DNA from: Eledone cirrhosa
Taxonomy: Eukaryota
Length of the DNA stretch: 64,000 nucleotides
Assembly: GCA_964016885.1 (NCBI GenBank)
Contig: OZ024740.1
Location: forward strand, 241,118,001-241,182,000
Direction of reading: 5' to 3'
Each line of letters begins with the position of its first letter. Positions within the stretch are counted from its first letter, which is position 1. Shown piece by piece: positions 1 to 12,937 of this stretch. The notes under the pieces are model-generated. The model was given only the letters and a program-made list of their open reading frames with translations, was not told the origin of the DNA and ran no database searches. The position numbers and the translations under genes were made by a program.

Positions 1-746
1 GAAATAAAAAGTTTTACAATAATATTAGTGGCAAAATTTTTGTTGGTAAAAAATCGAGTTCCACATTCATAGGCTCTGGGTTCCACATTCAGAGGTCGTC
101 GTCAGACCGGGGTGATGATTTGATCCTGGTTTGAACACCAATTGGGCCATAACCATACACCTATTTCATCATTCGGCGACACGCCTCATGTGTCATGCAT
201 AATGTGAATGGACCCATGGGCCCATGAGCACAGATCTTGAGCAGCAGCGGACGGTCTTGTCGTCCCGCTCATCCTTGATCTTGACCAACCCGTCTATCTT
301 CTCCTTGAATCTTGTCCTTGAGTTCAAGTCCGGCAGTCCAGATGAATGCGTGCCACAGCTTTCTGGTACAGGAAGGGGGAGCAGGAGGACTGGAGGGATG
401 ACGGGACAGAGGGAGGGAGGACCGGTGGTTGAGGGAGGTGCTGTAGTCGGTGGTCAGAGTCGACATCTTGTCCCGGTCGTCTTCTCCATCTTCGTCTGGT
501 GTTGTGGGACCAGAAGTGCATTCTTGGAGGAGACCTGCAGCTGCATCGGCCAATTCTTCTTGCAATGGTCATTCTGACGGAGCAGAACTGCTCAGCCAAC
601 CAACCCCAACCAGAACCAACCGCTCAGGGGCAACGCACAATGAGAGCATGACAATTATTATGCACTACTCAAGAAGATACTGGGGCATAGCACAGGAAAA
701 AAAAAAAAAATTTTGCCACTAATATTATTGTAAAACTTTTTATTTC
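1..746. repeat. Inverted repeat (1-36 / 711-746) enclosing a GC-rich segment; left arm may be cut by the window edge
   Basis: gaaataaaaagttttacaataatattagtggcaaaa is the exact reverse complement of 711-746. Confidence 0.85.
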
Positions 747-875
747 TTGTCTAATTCTTTAAAGTTTTATCTTAGTTTCTTGTCCTATTCTTTTAAAGTT
801 TTATCTTAGTTTCTTGTCCTATTCTTTTAAAGTTTTATTTTAGTTTCTTGTCCTGTATTTTTAAAGGTTTATATT
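744..875 (+). repeat. ~34-bp minisatellite, about 4 copies
   Basis: Repeated tagtttcttgtcctattcttttaaagttttatct. Confidence 0.85.
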
Positions 876-1192
876 CCAACAATATTACTTTCTTTTGCTG
901 TACGCATTTTTCTATCTGGTCTACTATTTTTTAAGGCAATGCAAGGAACAACTATCTAATAATTAAATGATCATAGTGAATTACTGACAAGTGATTGACA
1001 TTTTAAAGTTCTTTTGAGTATAATTGCAATCTAGTTGAGGCAACTGGCTTAATGACAAAGCTAGTAAATCATGAATGCATTTGAGATGATTAGTGCATAA
1101 TAGTGAATTGGTGAAACTTGTGCATTTCAATGGTGTTACAACAATAGATGTAAGTTATATAGTAGTAATACTTTATCATTTTACCTTTTTAG

Positions 1193-1553
1193 AATGGACA
1201 AAAACCCATGTAAAGAAATGACTTTGACTGCAGTGATTCTCTCCAATTTACTTACAAAGCAAAACGTGGTCAAATACCTTAACATCTCTGATAAAATGCC
1301 CATTGAATCACTGAAAATCGGATGCATGGAATTCCTCATAAAATGCACCTATGAATCGGAAGCCATCACATATATCAATGGATATAGGGAGTTGTTCACA
1401 CTGGAAGACCATCACTTCATTTGTGACTTCATCAGTTATCTCCACGATTATCTCAGACACCCAATGCCATTGATGAGAGGTGATCCAATGTGTGAGCATG
1501 TAACTAATCTTATAGAAGTTGTTATCGATCACCTGGCTTTTAGTGACATTTGA
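1193..1553 (+). CDS. Terminal exon or short ORF with BACK-like (BTB-associated) helical pattern
   Basis: Preceded by a pyrimidine tract and AG (ttttacctttttag). LTKQNVVKYLNISDKMPIESLKIGCMEFL resembles the 'L..eNv..ll..Ad...l..Lk..cl.fi' BACK pattern. Similarity judged by eye only. Confidence 0.4.
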
Positions 1554-1733
1554 CTGATTTGACTGATAATGATGTATTTTTAAAAAGTATGTGTACATTC
1601 TTGTTACTATTTTAAGGCAATGCAAGCAACAACTATTTAATAAAATTTAAATTTAAAAATGACCATTGTGCATTACTAGTATGATGACATTTTATTAAGT
1701 CACAAAATTAGTCAGTCAGCCATAGAACAAGGA

Positions 1734-2087
1734 TCAGGTGGCAAAAACATTGGCAAAAATTTGTGTCAATTTAAGATTTCCAACATTGTTCAAATGAATC
1801 ATATCTGGTTTGAAGTCAGATTTGTCAAATTTTGACCAATTTTCAATGTTGTGAAGATTGGGCAAGTTCAATTTTTGAATCATTTCTTTCATGCAGTAAT
1901 TAAACTTTTCCAAACGAGAATTTCTCTTGCCCAAGTCATTTTTATTTTCAATTACACTTTGTGGACGTGGAATGACACCACTGTAGAAAATGGGTGTACA
2001 GTGGTGCTTTTCCGCTATTTTCTGTAGCCTTGCAAAGAGACTCTTCCCCTGTTTTTCCGGTTTTGTGCCTCGAATGGGCACTTTGTC
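1734..2087 (-). CDS. SGNH-fold protein, exon 3 (DKVPIRG...FYSGVIPR...PDMIHLNNVG...FAT*)
   Basis: Acceptor TTAAG|GAC after a 57-nt intron, in frame with ORF 1734..2081. Contains the S-G-x-x-P-R strand and block V D-x-x-H (DMIHLN.G). Confidence 0.8.
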   Translation of the reverse strand, partial: DKVPIRGTKPEKQGKSLFARLQKIAEKHHCTPIFYSGVIPRPQSVIENKNDLGKRNSRLEKFNYCMKEMIQKLNLPNLHNIENWSKFDKSDFKPDMIHLNNVGNLKLTQIFANVFAT

Positions 2088-2144
2088 CTTAATTTACAAA
2101 TAAATGATTAATAAAAAATACTTGGGCAAAAATTATTGTATTAC

Positions 2145-2294
2145 TTTGCACAGCTTTGTAGTGCCAACGGTGCGACGAGGATTCAGATCATTAGAGCCGA
2201 CATGAACCACCAATACTTTCACAAAAGGACAACAGATAACAATGTTGGCGATTAACATTACCTGGCCCTGAGGGGCCCCAGGTATACAAAATAT
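2145..2294 (-). CDS. SGNH-fold protein, exon 2 (IFCIPGA...VLVVHVGSNDL...KLCK)
   Basis: Acceptor ACTTAG|ATA, exactly 150 nt open, donor AAA|GTAATA. Contains block II (PGA) and block III (HVGSND) of SGNH hydrolases. Confidence 0.78.
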
Positions 2295-2352
2295 CTAAGT
2301 ATTTTTGTTGGTATGATAAGTAAATACATTTGAATTATTAATATTTTTATAC

Positions 2353-2532
2353 CTTCTGGTCATTCGATTTCGCCACATTTCTAATTATGGGTTTGTAAAA
2401 ACTGGCATGAATGTGAATTTGATCAGTCCAATTGCCCGATTTTAGTGAAAAGTTTTGATTCGAAATGGAAATACTCCATTTCCGTGCCATGGAAAAAATG
2501 AATAAGCCGATCAAAAAGCCGCGAAACATCAT
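2353..2532 (-). CDS. SGNH-fold protein, exon 1 (60 codons)
   Basis: ATG at 2532; ends ...IIRNVAKSNDQK at phase-0 donor AAG|GTATAA; a 58-nt intron follows. Confidence 0.6.
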
Positions 2533-3578
2533 TTTTAATTAAGCGAAATTAGTGGATGCAAATCTCAGAAAATATTGTACACTATTCGCACCTATCGGTA
2601 CAAAAAAATCGCACGACTGTTAATAATACTAGAAGTGCAAACTAACTGTTGAATACCTGGTATATGAAGAGCAACCAATACGATGGGTCGGGGATCGGTC
2701 TTGAAGAAGAATGAAGAATGAAGTGAAATTTTGGTCTGGTTGTTGTCATCGGTGTTTCGCAGAGATGCCGGCACGAACAAAGGTGTCAGTGACACAAAGT
2801 TGTCCGCTTGAACAAAGGTGTCGGTCCGACAAAGGTGTCAGTCAGACAGACAGTCAGACAGTGTCACAGTCGGTGCGACAAAGTGATCGATGCGATTAAA
2901 AAAAATTTAACTCACATGTTTACCTATATTTTCGCAAACTATTGATAGATTGGTACAAAAAATAGCTTTGATAATAAACATAAATTGTTAACGAAGTATT
3001 TAAAAAGCATTTTAGCAGTGAAAAGTGAAGTAATGTTTCACACTGACGCAAGTAGGGCCGTTCGGAAATTACGTAGTCAATTAGGAGGAGGGGATTCGGC
3101 GATTTGACTACATTTGACTAACGTAATCACAATCACAAGAGTTCCGCCGAAAAAAATTCGTCATTTCTGGATTACCTCCCCTAGCGTCACGCTTACTACT
3201 CACTCACTTGAACACAAGATTTATCAGCAAACTTTGATTATAAACTTTTTCCCGCTGGACCAATTTCTAGATTTTTAAGCCAAAAGATGCGTAGTGATCT
3301 ACTGTTCATGCTCATATAAGTTTTATCTCAGTTAAATAAAGTAGAGCCGCGCTGTACTGTCGTAAAAAGACGATTGCCAACGAAAACAAGACCACAACAA
3401 TATTACTAAACGGACTACCGTCCGTTTAGGATTACATTCTGACTAGCTCTACACCTCGCCACTGACGTGAACTTAAGCATCGAGTGCTCACCTTGGTGAA
3501 CCTACAGTAACTTCACGTTACACTGCCTGGATATATATGTGTGTATGTATATATATCTATATATATATATATATGTCA

Positions 3579-3790
3579 GGTCACCAGTTGGTGCTACTGG
3601 TAACATGTATCCCAGTACAACCTGTCTCATGGTCGGGTTGTTGGCGACTAAACTGGCAACCCCACCAATGTTTCTTGGTGAGGAGGGTGACTTTGGACAT
3701 CCTGCAGGACTAAAAACAAAACCTGTCAAAGGGCAAAGGAGCTCTTAAGAGTCAATGGCCATCCAAAATCACCGGGAGAGATGACCCCTT
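3579..3790 (+). repeat. Dispersed repeat; a diverged copy lies in opposite orientation at ~6400-6550
   Basis: taacatgtatcccagtacaacctgtctcatggtc...ggtgaggagggtgactttggacatcctgc matches the reverse complement of 6442-6547. Confidence 0.7.
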
Positions 3791-4198
3791 AGCCTTTGTC
3801 AAGGCAGAATTCTAGGAGAAGGAAAACTCTGATATAACACCTGCAACCCTGATGGTATCCAATGATGTTGATTTGTTCTTCTTTTTGGTAAATATCATCT
3901 TGGTTAAGAGAGTGGGGCTGGCTTTGTGCAGTGCCTTTGCTCACTATAAAAGCTTCACGGCACAGGCATTGCTTTATATCTGGAGATCTCTCTGCACTTG
4001 TCATCATATGGTACCATGGGCCCAGCACTATGTGTCAATAATTGTCACTAGTGTAGTGTTTGTCCCAGAGTTTTCAAGTCGCTGGCTGGACTAAAAAGTC
4101 ACACTCGTTCAGCCCATCGGTAGGGGTTCTCCTACATGGATATAAAGATATAAAGTAGTGGCCGTACTCGAAAACGAGTTGGCAGCCACCATATATAT

Positions 4199-4333
<135 letters not shown>

Positions 4334-4704
4334 TATATTAGAAAAGGGAAGTGAGGTTCTATACAAAACAGTGGATGTAGAGAAAAGATGAAGTTGGAAA
4401 TAGCACGGGAGATATATTTAAGGGTCTGTTTTTCTTTTTTGATTCGTCAAAGTGACATTATTGAAAAAATAATGTTATTAAAAACAACTACAGTTCTCAT
4501 TCCACCCAACCTTTCAACAAGCAGAATGGAAGAACAATTATTCAAACATTCAATTTTGATTTTGATTTTAATTTTAGACCTTTCGTTTTTGACTCCTATC
4601 AACCCTTTTTAATTTTTTACACTCTACATCTGACAAGATGGATTTTAATACATCGAAACAGGTAATTTCTTCATATACTTTATATACTTCATAAAAAATC
4701 TTTG

Positions 4705-4890
4705 TGGATTGGCAGTATCAGTAGAGGGTCGGACGCCATGCTTTCTAGCATAGAGTTACGTCCCTTTACAGACTGAGTTCAAATCCCTCCAAGGTTAACT
4801 TTGCCTTTCATCCTTACGGGGTCGATAAAATAAAGTACCAGTAATGTACTGGGTATTTGCTGGCCTTGTGCCAAAAGTAGAAACAATTAT
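4705..4890 (+). mobile_element. tRNA-derived SINE (main family)
   Basis: A-box TGGCAGTA..., B-box GTTCAAATCC, family 3' end ggccttgtgccaaaagtagaaacaatta. Confidence 0.88.
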
Positions 4891-4985
4891 TTTTTCAATA
4901 ATGTCACTTTAAAGAATCAAAAAAGAAAAACAGACCCTTAAATATATCCCCAGTGCTATTTCCAACTTCATCTCTCTCTCTCTTG

Positions 4986-5072
<87 letters not shown>

Positions 5073-5101
5073 ACATATGTATATATATATATATACATAT
5101 G

Positions 5102-5292
5102 TATAACGAAGGAAGTGTGGTAAGGAACCAGGTGGACCATAACACACCAGAGTACTCGATACTTAGGGTGGTAGAGGGGGTAATAGGAAAAGAGTCAGCA
5201 TCTCGACGGCTAAGCACCGGCAGTTTCGACAGCTAGATCCGAACTGAGCTGTCGAAACGGCCGGAGCTCAGCCGTCTGGGTCCTGACTCTTC
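5102..5292 (-). repeat. PLE-type terminal repeat with fold-back; family also at 36220-36336, 54470-54670, 62316-62483
   Basis: Shared aacgaaggaa(a/g)tgtggtaaggaaccaggtggaccataac... sequence and a palindrome built on gtcgaaacggc; in a (TA)n context. Confidence 0.65.
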
Positions 5293-5742
5293 CCCCCCCC
5301 CCACACACACACAGACAAATAAAATGGAAATGAAATTAATCTAAGATACATACATACAATATAGAGAAGTTTAAACTGGACCAGCTAGAACTGTGTGGAT
5401 AGAATAACACCCAAGGTAATTATAATCATATGCGTTATTCGATACGGAAAGCTGAACTTAATTTCATACTTAAATTGTGCTCAAGAAACAATTTCAAAAA
5501 ACAAAACAATATTCGTTAACTTTAAGCAAAATTAACCAATGCAGTAAACAAAGTATATTTTCTCTCACACTGACACGTAGATGTAAAATCAATGTTAAGC
5601 AGTGTATATTTGAAAAAATATATAGTTAAAACGATAAATAACGATTCAGATGAAGAGATAATATTCATGAATTTCTTACTAAGCAAATTCGCGTTTAATT
5701 ACACAACACAATGTTTATCATGGGGACTCACACGCGCACACA

Positions 5743-5873
<131 letters not shown>

Positions 5874-5952
5874 ACCGTTTATGTTGCCTGGTTTTAACTA
5901 ATGTGAGAAGGCATATATTGGAATCTGGCCTTCTTTTTTCATATACTTAAAA

Positions 5953-6053
5953 AGGGTGTCTCCTCAAAAATGTATACACACTTTGATTACTTGAACAGGC
6001 AATATTTATTAGAATGCTGTTGAAGTGTGTATACATTTTTTAGGATATCCTGT
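5953..6053. mobile_element. Small Tc1/mariner-type MITE
   Basis: Imperfect TIRs agggtgtctcctcaaaaatgtatacacactt / aagtgtgtatacattttttaggatatcctgta. Confidence 0.6.
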
Positions 6054-6731
6054 ACACACACACACATATATTTATAAATATGATGGCTGCAAACTCTGCT
6101 AAGAGTATTGCAAACGCTTGTCAGATTACAGAAATTGGTACACTTTTAGGCTACGGCCAGGCACACAAACCTGTAACATATCCTGACCAAGCAAAGCCTG
6201 TACTTTGAAGGTTTTTTAAGTGGGGAAAGGCCTTGCACTCGACTAACCCCACTCTCTGAGCATCGAAAACACTACCTGAAAAGGAGAACTGGTCAACATC
6301 ATCGGATGCTTTCGAAGCCGCAGGCTTTTTACAGAGTTTCCCTCTCTTAGAAAGATGTTGTGACAACAACTAGGGTCCTTTCACTCCCAGGTGAAAAAAA
6401 AAGTACTATTTGGATGGCCGTTGACTCTACTTAGCTCCTCCGCAGGGTGTCCAAATATTACCCTCCTCACCAAGCAAGATTGGTGGGATTGCCGGTTTAG
6501 TCGCCGACGACCAGACTATGAAACAGGTTGTACTGGGTTACATGTTACACACACACAAACACACTATCGAACGAAAGAGAAATTGCTTCGAAATCACTAG
6601 ACGTATCTGAGGAACTTGTGAATTCAGAGTCAGGTTCGATCCACAAACAGATCGCACCTCGAGCTGTTCACCGGAGAAACAATTGTAATACGTAATAAAT
6701 TGTGTCCAATGCATCACTGATTTTTCGTTTT

Positions 6732-6773
<42 letters not shown>

Positions 6774-9533
6774 TAAAAGCTACAACCGTTACTCGTAATC
6801 GAGTATACTATGGTTTTTAGGCACCAATGCAGTCGCGAGAAGACAGAAACCCTCTCAGCCTTCCTTCCCTTGATCCCAGGTAACATCCAGGCTGTGGCAG
6901 CTGGAAGGAGAGAGGATTGCACTAACACAGGGCTAATAACTTTTTTTATAGTCTCCGAAATTGGTTTTTGAATGCAGTAATAAATCCTTAGACTATAGAT
7001 TAGATCAAGCTGACAGTGTTTGGAGACAGAAAAACCACTTGAACATTAATTGCCAGGCAATTCAGGTTATGTGGGTGACCTGAAGCATCAGCAATTATTT
7101 TTAAGGTTCTTAGTATACCGATCTTTCAACACTTTTCTGGTGATCCACCATGTTTTGTTTGGTTTCCATCTGACAAGGAGATGGAATTTAAAGTAGTCTT
7201 TTGTAGATACTGATCTCATAGTGATAAATAGCTAGTGACTAAATTTCAAAATTTGAAGTACAAATGTAAATTTAATTCGTTATAATCGTAACTAGCTCTT
7301 CCCTGGATATAGAGCTATCTCATATTCTCTCTTTCCCTCCCTGATACACATACATATATAAATGCACACACACACACACACACACATATATATGCCTGTC
7401 TGATGTGTGTGTGTGCGTGCGTGTGTGTATGTGTGCTTGAATGTGTGTGTGTGATTGTGTGTGTGTGTGTGTGTGTGTTTGTATGTCTGTATGTGTACAC
7501 ATATTAAAATAATACACGTACGGGACTTAAAACTGATTTCTTAAAGTCTCGTATAGGTAATGCTTGCGATATATTTGTAGCGTCGGACATTCTGTCATTG
7601 TTTCTGATACGGTAATTGTCAACAAGTGTATTTCGACAGTTGCCAAGACATCCTCTTAATTGACTTACTATATTTGAAATGAATAGAAAATATAGCCAGG
7701 ATTTTATCGATTTTTTCTTTCTTTGTAAGACAGCTGCTGTCTATGCCTGCTCTCAGTGCATTCGACGAAGTTCATTATTTTGTAGACACGCACATTCATT
7801 GGAAGCAAATTCTAACAAAAGAACAGTCATTTCAAGCAAAGTTGTAGAACATATTGAAATTAATATGGAACCAAGTAGCTCAATTGTGTTTTAATTTTAC
7901 TAAAGAACTAAGTAGCAACTGCATATTATTGGATGACTTTAACTAAAAAAAGAACAATATAATATTCATTTTTGTTGTTTTTCTTAAGAAAACAAAATAT
8001 CCCATGATATTACTATAAGACAATACTTGTGAGCTATAATGTCATTAGACATATCTTTATGGTTGCCATGATAATGTGTTGCTGCTGTTGTTGTTTACCC
8101 CCTCCCCCAGGCAAGCGCTGACTGAGGAAGACTATTATAAATTCGTTCCATTTGTACACAAAGTTGAATGACTGCGTATCGGTTCCTTCGCTGGCTTTTG
8201 ACTGTGTAGTTAGTAAGCTTGCTTCACAACTAGGTGGTTTTGGATTCCATCCCAGAGTGCGGCACATTGGGCAAGTGTTTTGTGCCATAGCCTCGGGTTA
8301 ACCAATACCTTCTCAGTGGAATTTGGTATAAAGAAACCACGCGGAATATCGTAATATATACATTATTTTCAAGTTGTGTTGTATGGATTATGGCTTTAAA
8401 CTTCCTGGTACATGGCATCACAACGATAGTTTATCTGGTTTTAAGGGCTTATGTTTTGTTTAAGTGGTTCTGTTTTAGGAGTTTATATTTCGGGAACGCA
8501 AAGAAAGAGTGGAGGACGCCCTAATACGTTATGGGGTTGTAGTGGCTACAGATAATAGCTTTATTGTGTAGAAACTACGTAATATGACGTCTGCAGCTTG
8601 ATAATGTTTCTCTTTTCCACACTGGTGTTTGCTGTGGGTCTATAGAATATAAGGACGCAAGTCGATGGTTGGTTTACACATACCTACCTACCTACCTACA
8701 TACATACATAGATACATACATACATATATAAATACATACATACATATTTATATACGATGGGCTTCTACAAAAAATCCATCCAGGTGTATTGCTCAACTTA
8801 TAAAAGAAAACACCTGTCCAAAGTGCTGCTCAATTGCATTGAATATAAATGTATATTTAGCTTCGATATTTAATAAATTCTATAGTTAAACCAGAGAGCT
8901 ATAGCTGAAGAATGTGCTGTAACCAATGGCGCAATTGTGATATGAAATAGATAAATGTGATAAATAATGGAGAGAGAGTGCTTTGTAATATCATGATGAA
9001 AAAAAAAACAAACAAAAAAAAAACTTGAAAAAGGAAACACAAAAGAAAGAGAAAAGAATAAAAGGGAGAATAGGAAACTCTACACTCTTGGCTGGACGGT
9101 AGATTACAGCTGTGCCCTGCAGACAAGATAGCGAAAGCTTTTCCGCAGTGAACAGAACGTTGCTCACTGCATCAGCCAGTTAACCCATTAGCATTTAAAC
9201 TGGTTATGTCTGGCCAGAATTCTCTTACTTCTTTCTGTTCAAACCGGCCTTAATTGTTGCTCATACTTACGTTAAGGTATTGATCTCAAAATAAATAACA
9301 TAAAAATCTCGTAGATTCGATATTATGTGAGATAATTATGTAAAATAAAGCCTTTGCCACAAAAATACAACAGTATATATAAAGTAACGTAAATACTAAA
9401 GGCTTAAAGGGTTAATGTCCTGTCACCTGTATTGACGAGTAGTGATATGAATGAGGTATAGCCAGCTAATAACATTTAATTAGTGGTATCTTTTTTCTAC
9501 GATTGTAGTATGGTTGTATTATTTGTATCATTT

Positions 9534-9725
9534 AGGGCGGTGAATTGGCAGTATCGGTAGAGTGTCGGACGCCATGCTTTGACGTATAGAGTTTCGGCCC
9601 TTGCCATTCTGAGTTCAAATCCCGCCGAGGTTAACTTTGCCTTTCATCCTTATGGAGTCGATAAAATAAAGTACCAGTAATCTACTGGTTAATTGCTGGC
9701 CTTGTGCCAAAAGTAGAAACAATTA
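9534..9725 (+). mobile_element. SINE, main family, with TSD attatttgtatcattta
   Basis: Full-length copy flanked by a direct repeat. Confidence 0.92.
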
Positions 9726-9774
9726 TTTGTATCATTTAGACTTGTAGTGTTAGTTGCTCATTATCTGAATGCAA

Positions 9775-9962
9775 TAATTGTTTCTACTTTAGGCACAAGG
9801 CCAGCAATTACCCAGTGCATTACTGGTACTTTATTTTATCGACCCCGTAAGTATGAAAGGCAAAGTCAACCTCGGCGGAATTTGAACTCAGATCGTAAAG
9901 GGACGTAACTATGCTGGAAAGCATGGCGTCCGACCCTCTACCGATACTGCTAATCCACCGCC
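9775..9962 (-). mobile_element. SINE, main family, with TSD tcattatctgaatgcaataat
   Basis: Full-length reverse copy with a ~21-bp TSD. Confidence 0.92.
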
Positions 9963-10742
9963 ATTCATTATCTGAATGCAATAATACAGCCTAATGAGCT
10001 ACATCACTTCAGACATCGTTATCGAACGGCATCAAAGATTGCTTGTCTGTTTTTGATTTTCTCTTAATCACATATGTGATTGTGCGCGTGTGTATCTGTA
10101 TTTGCGCGTGCATCTGTATTATTGTGTATGTATATTTTTGCCGGTCGCTTGCCTTTGTCTTCCTTTCTCATTTATCTATCACCTTCAGTTGAACTGACAC
10201 TCACCACATCCCTTCCATTTCAACTGACCTTGATCTTGCTACAAACGTTGTCTCACATCTCTACCGCCCTTTTAATTACTCTTTACTTCCTCCTCATACA
10301 CTACTCCTCATACTGCATCAATTTTCATTGACTTTTCCTTGACACATTCTATAACCCCCCCCCCCCCCCGTTTCACATCATTCCATTACTTTATTCAATT
10401 TCTTATTTGCAATTATGTTACCAAGGTGATACTACTTTTATAATAAATTCTCTACCTGAAATGCTAGACTCTTCCACTTCTCGTGGCAAATCAACTGAAT
10501 GGACTCCTTTGTGAACTTCCATATGGATCAGTATTTTGCCGATGCAGTATACCGAATTCCGGAGTTTACCATGTATGTAGTAGCAGCATATGATTTATAC
10601 AAAGAAGAACGCTCTAAACGGTTGAACTCACTACTAGTTTCTAGTAACTACCTTTCAGGTAAATTCACCCAAAGGCCGCCTCCAGTGAGAGAATCAGAGT
10701 GGCATATTCGTAACGTTGAATATTTTAGTCTGGTATATTGAA

Positions 10743-10860
10743 GGCACATGGCTGAGTGGTAAGACAATTGGATTCGCAATCGTGAGGTTGTGAGTTCGAT
10801 TCCTGGACCGACTGATGCGTTATGTCCTTGGGCAAGACACTTTATTTCACGTTGCTCCTT
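10743..10860 (+). mobile_element. Second tRNA-derived SINE family (related copies at ~8200-8340 + and ~27480-27642 -)
   Basis: ggcacatggctgagtggtaag...gagttcgattcc...tgtccttgggcaagacactttatttcacgttgc: A/B boxes plus a CORE-like tract. Confidence 0.75.
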
Positions 10861-12278
10861 CTACCTGGAGTTGCAACCGATAGATAGTATTAGCAATTGG
10901 AAAGACCAACGGAAACATTGTTTCCTCGATCCGATTTGACGAAAGTCGATTGACTGTCGATATTTTCCAAATTCACACGTACAATATATACGTAGATATG
11001 TATATATGAACCAGCATCTGGTGGAATCGTAGGGGCACCATAGGGACATATGGCCTTTCTTGGGTATTTTTATAACCTAGTTGAATCCCCCACTCCACTT
11101 CAGGTTTGAACACAGTCGACTTTTCTCCTGAGAAGGAATGAGAGTTGTAGAGAGGACGTGAAAAGGTGATATAGAGGAAGAATCGACACCAGTACTGGAC
11201 TGACACCTTTTTTTTATCGACCTCAAAAGAATGAAAGGCAAAGTTAACCTCAGTAGGATTTGAACTCCGAGCACAGATAGCGGAACAAATACTACAAACA
11301 CTTCTATCCGATGGTCTAATGATTCTGCAAATTCACCACCATATATATAGAATGATAGATAAATAGATACAAAGGTGCATGGAAGAGTGAGAAAAAGTAA
11401 TTGAAAATTAATATAGTGTATTGAATTATTGTATCGAAATATTGTCATTATTGCGTTGTAAACCATCTTAGAGTTACTTCATAGTTATTGTGACAACGTG
11501 AAGCAGAGTTACTATTGATACTTTTATTAATATTTTGAGACCACAGGAGATATTCCCTGATAACTTATTTCCAAAGGTTTTACAGGCCAGATTTACAATT
11601 GATGTTTTGATGGCTTTCAATAACCCATTTTCCGGTTACGCAAAATATAGCGCGTAAATATATGATGCAGCGCATGGAACATACTTCTCCAATACTATAA
11701 TTTACTTAGATACTTTGAAGTAGCTGTATACTGCTTCCATGATAACCTATTAATTTTCTTCCTCTATCTTTCTCCTATAACCATACTATGTCTTACCCTT
11801 AGAATTCGCACAAAGCATTTTTAACCACCAATTCTGGGAGGTATTTTCGTTTCTTTGGAATATATTCTCGGCATGTGTTTTTAACATCTAATCTGCAAAG
11901 GTTCCAAACGAGATAGAGTATAGGATCTGCAATTTCACTTCAAACCAACTAATATATGAATTACCAATACAACACCTATAGGAAATAGAAAGAAAACTTC
12001 GAGATGTTAGTACTCTCCCAAAGTTTAGATTAACGGTTGATGCTACTGGTGTCACTTTGCTCTTCCATAACTCGGAGAGTTGGTATTTTATAATAAATCA
12101 ATACAACAAACTCTATTTCATAAACTTCAAATTTACCGACTCTTTAAAAGAGTTTCGATTTCCGGTGTTGATGCCCCAGAGAAAGATATTAACATAATAT
12201 ATTCACAACTTCTGTCACCGTGATTCTATGCCAAAAATAAATATTCGTTAGTTAATCCCACAGAACATATCATCACAC

Positions 12279-12397
<119 letters not shown>

Positions 12398-12614
12398 CAG
12401 ACAGGCACACACACACACACGCATATATATACACAGACAGGTACACACACACACACGCACACATATATATATATATATACAGACAGACACATACACACAC
12501 ACACACACACATATATATATACAGACAGGCACACACACACACACGCACACATATATATATATATATATATATATACAGACAGACACATACACACACACAC
12601 ACACGCATATATAT

Positions 12615-12810
12615 ACGTTATTCCGGGTTGAATCGGAGGTAACCACAGTAAGTAAGGTACTCAATACATTGCAGAGTATAAAAGTTTTAATATAGATGAG
12701 ATTCTACAGGACTAGAACTGTTTCATTCTTTAGAAATCATCAGGAATCAGCAGATTTCTGATGATTTCTAAAGAATGAAACAGTTCTAGTCCTGTAGAAT
12801 CTCATCTATA
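12615..12810. mobile_element. PLE-derived mini-element ending in a palindrome with two opposed hammerhead motifs
   Basis: Palindrome at 12691-12810; the same element occurs reversed at 17199-17395. Confidence 0.8.
12752..12802 (+). ncRNA. Type I hammerhead ribozyme (mirror copy at 12700-12748 on the minus strand)
   Basis: agattt-CTGATGA-tttc taaa gaat-GAAA-cag ttctagtc ctg-TA-gaatct. Stems I and III pair; stem II is weak. GUA cleavage predicted after 12796. Confidence 0.7.
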
Positions 12811-12827
12811 TATACATATATATACAG

Positions 12828-12937
<110 letters not shown>

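Noticed and set aside
224-599. Overlapping ORFs in the GC-rich segment
   Set aside because: No recognisable domain and no consistent splice model; left unassigned.
4628-4668. CTGACAA-gatg..catc-GAAAcaggTA hammerhead-like motif
   Set aside because: C3/A8 mismatch and poor stems I and III; treated as a decayed remnant.
9534-9630. tRNA gene calls for SINE heads
   Set aside because: A/B boxes are present but continue into the SINE body with TSDs; they are not tRNA genes.
11560-11900. Minus-strand KYVPCAA resembling the hAT transposase YVPCAAH motif
   Set aside because: Too short, and the surrounding frames are broken; cannot be supported without a search.
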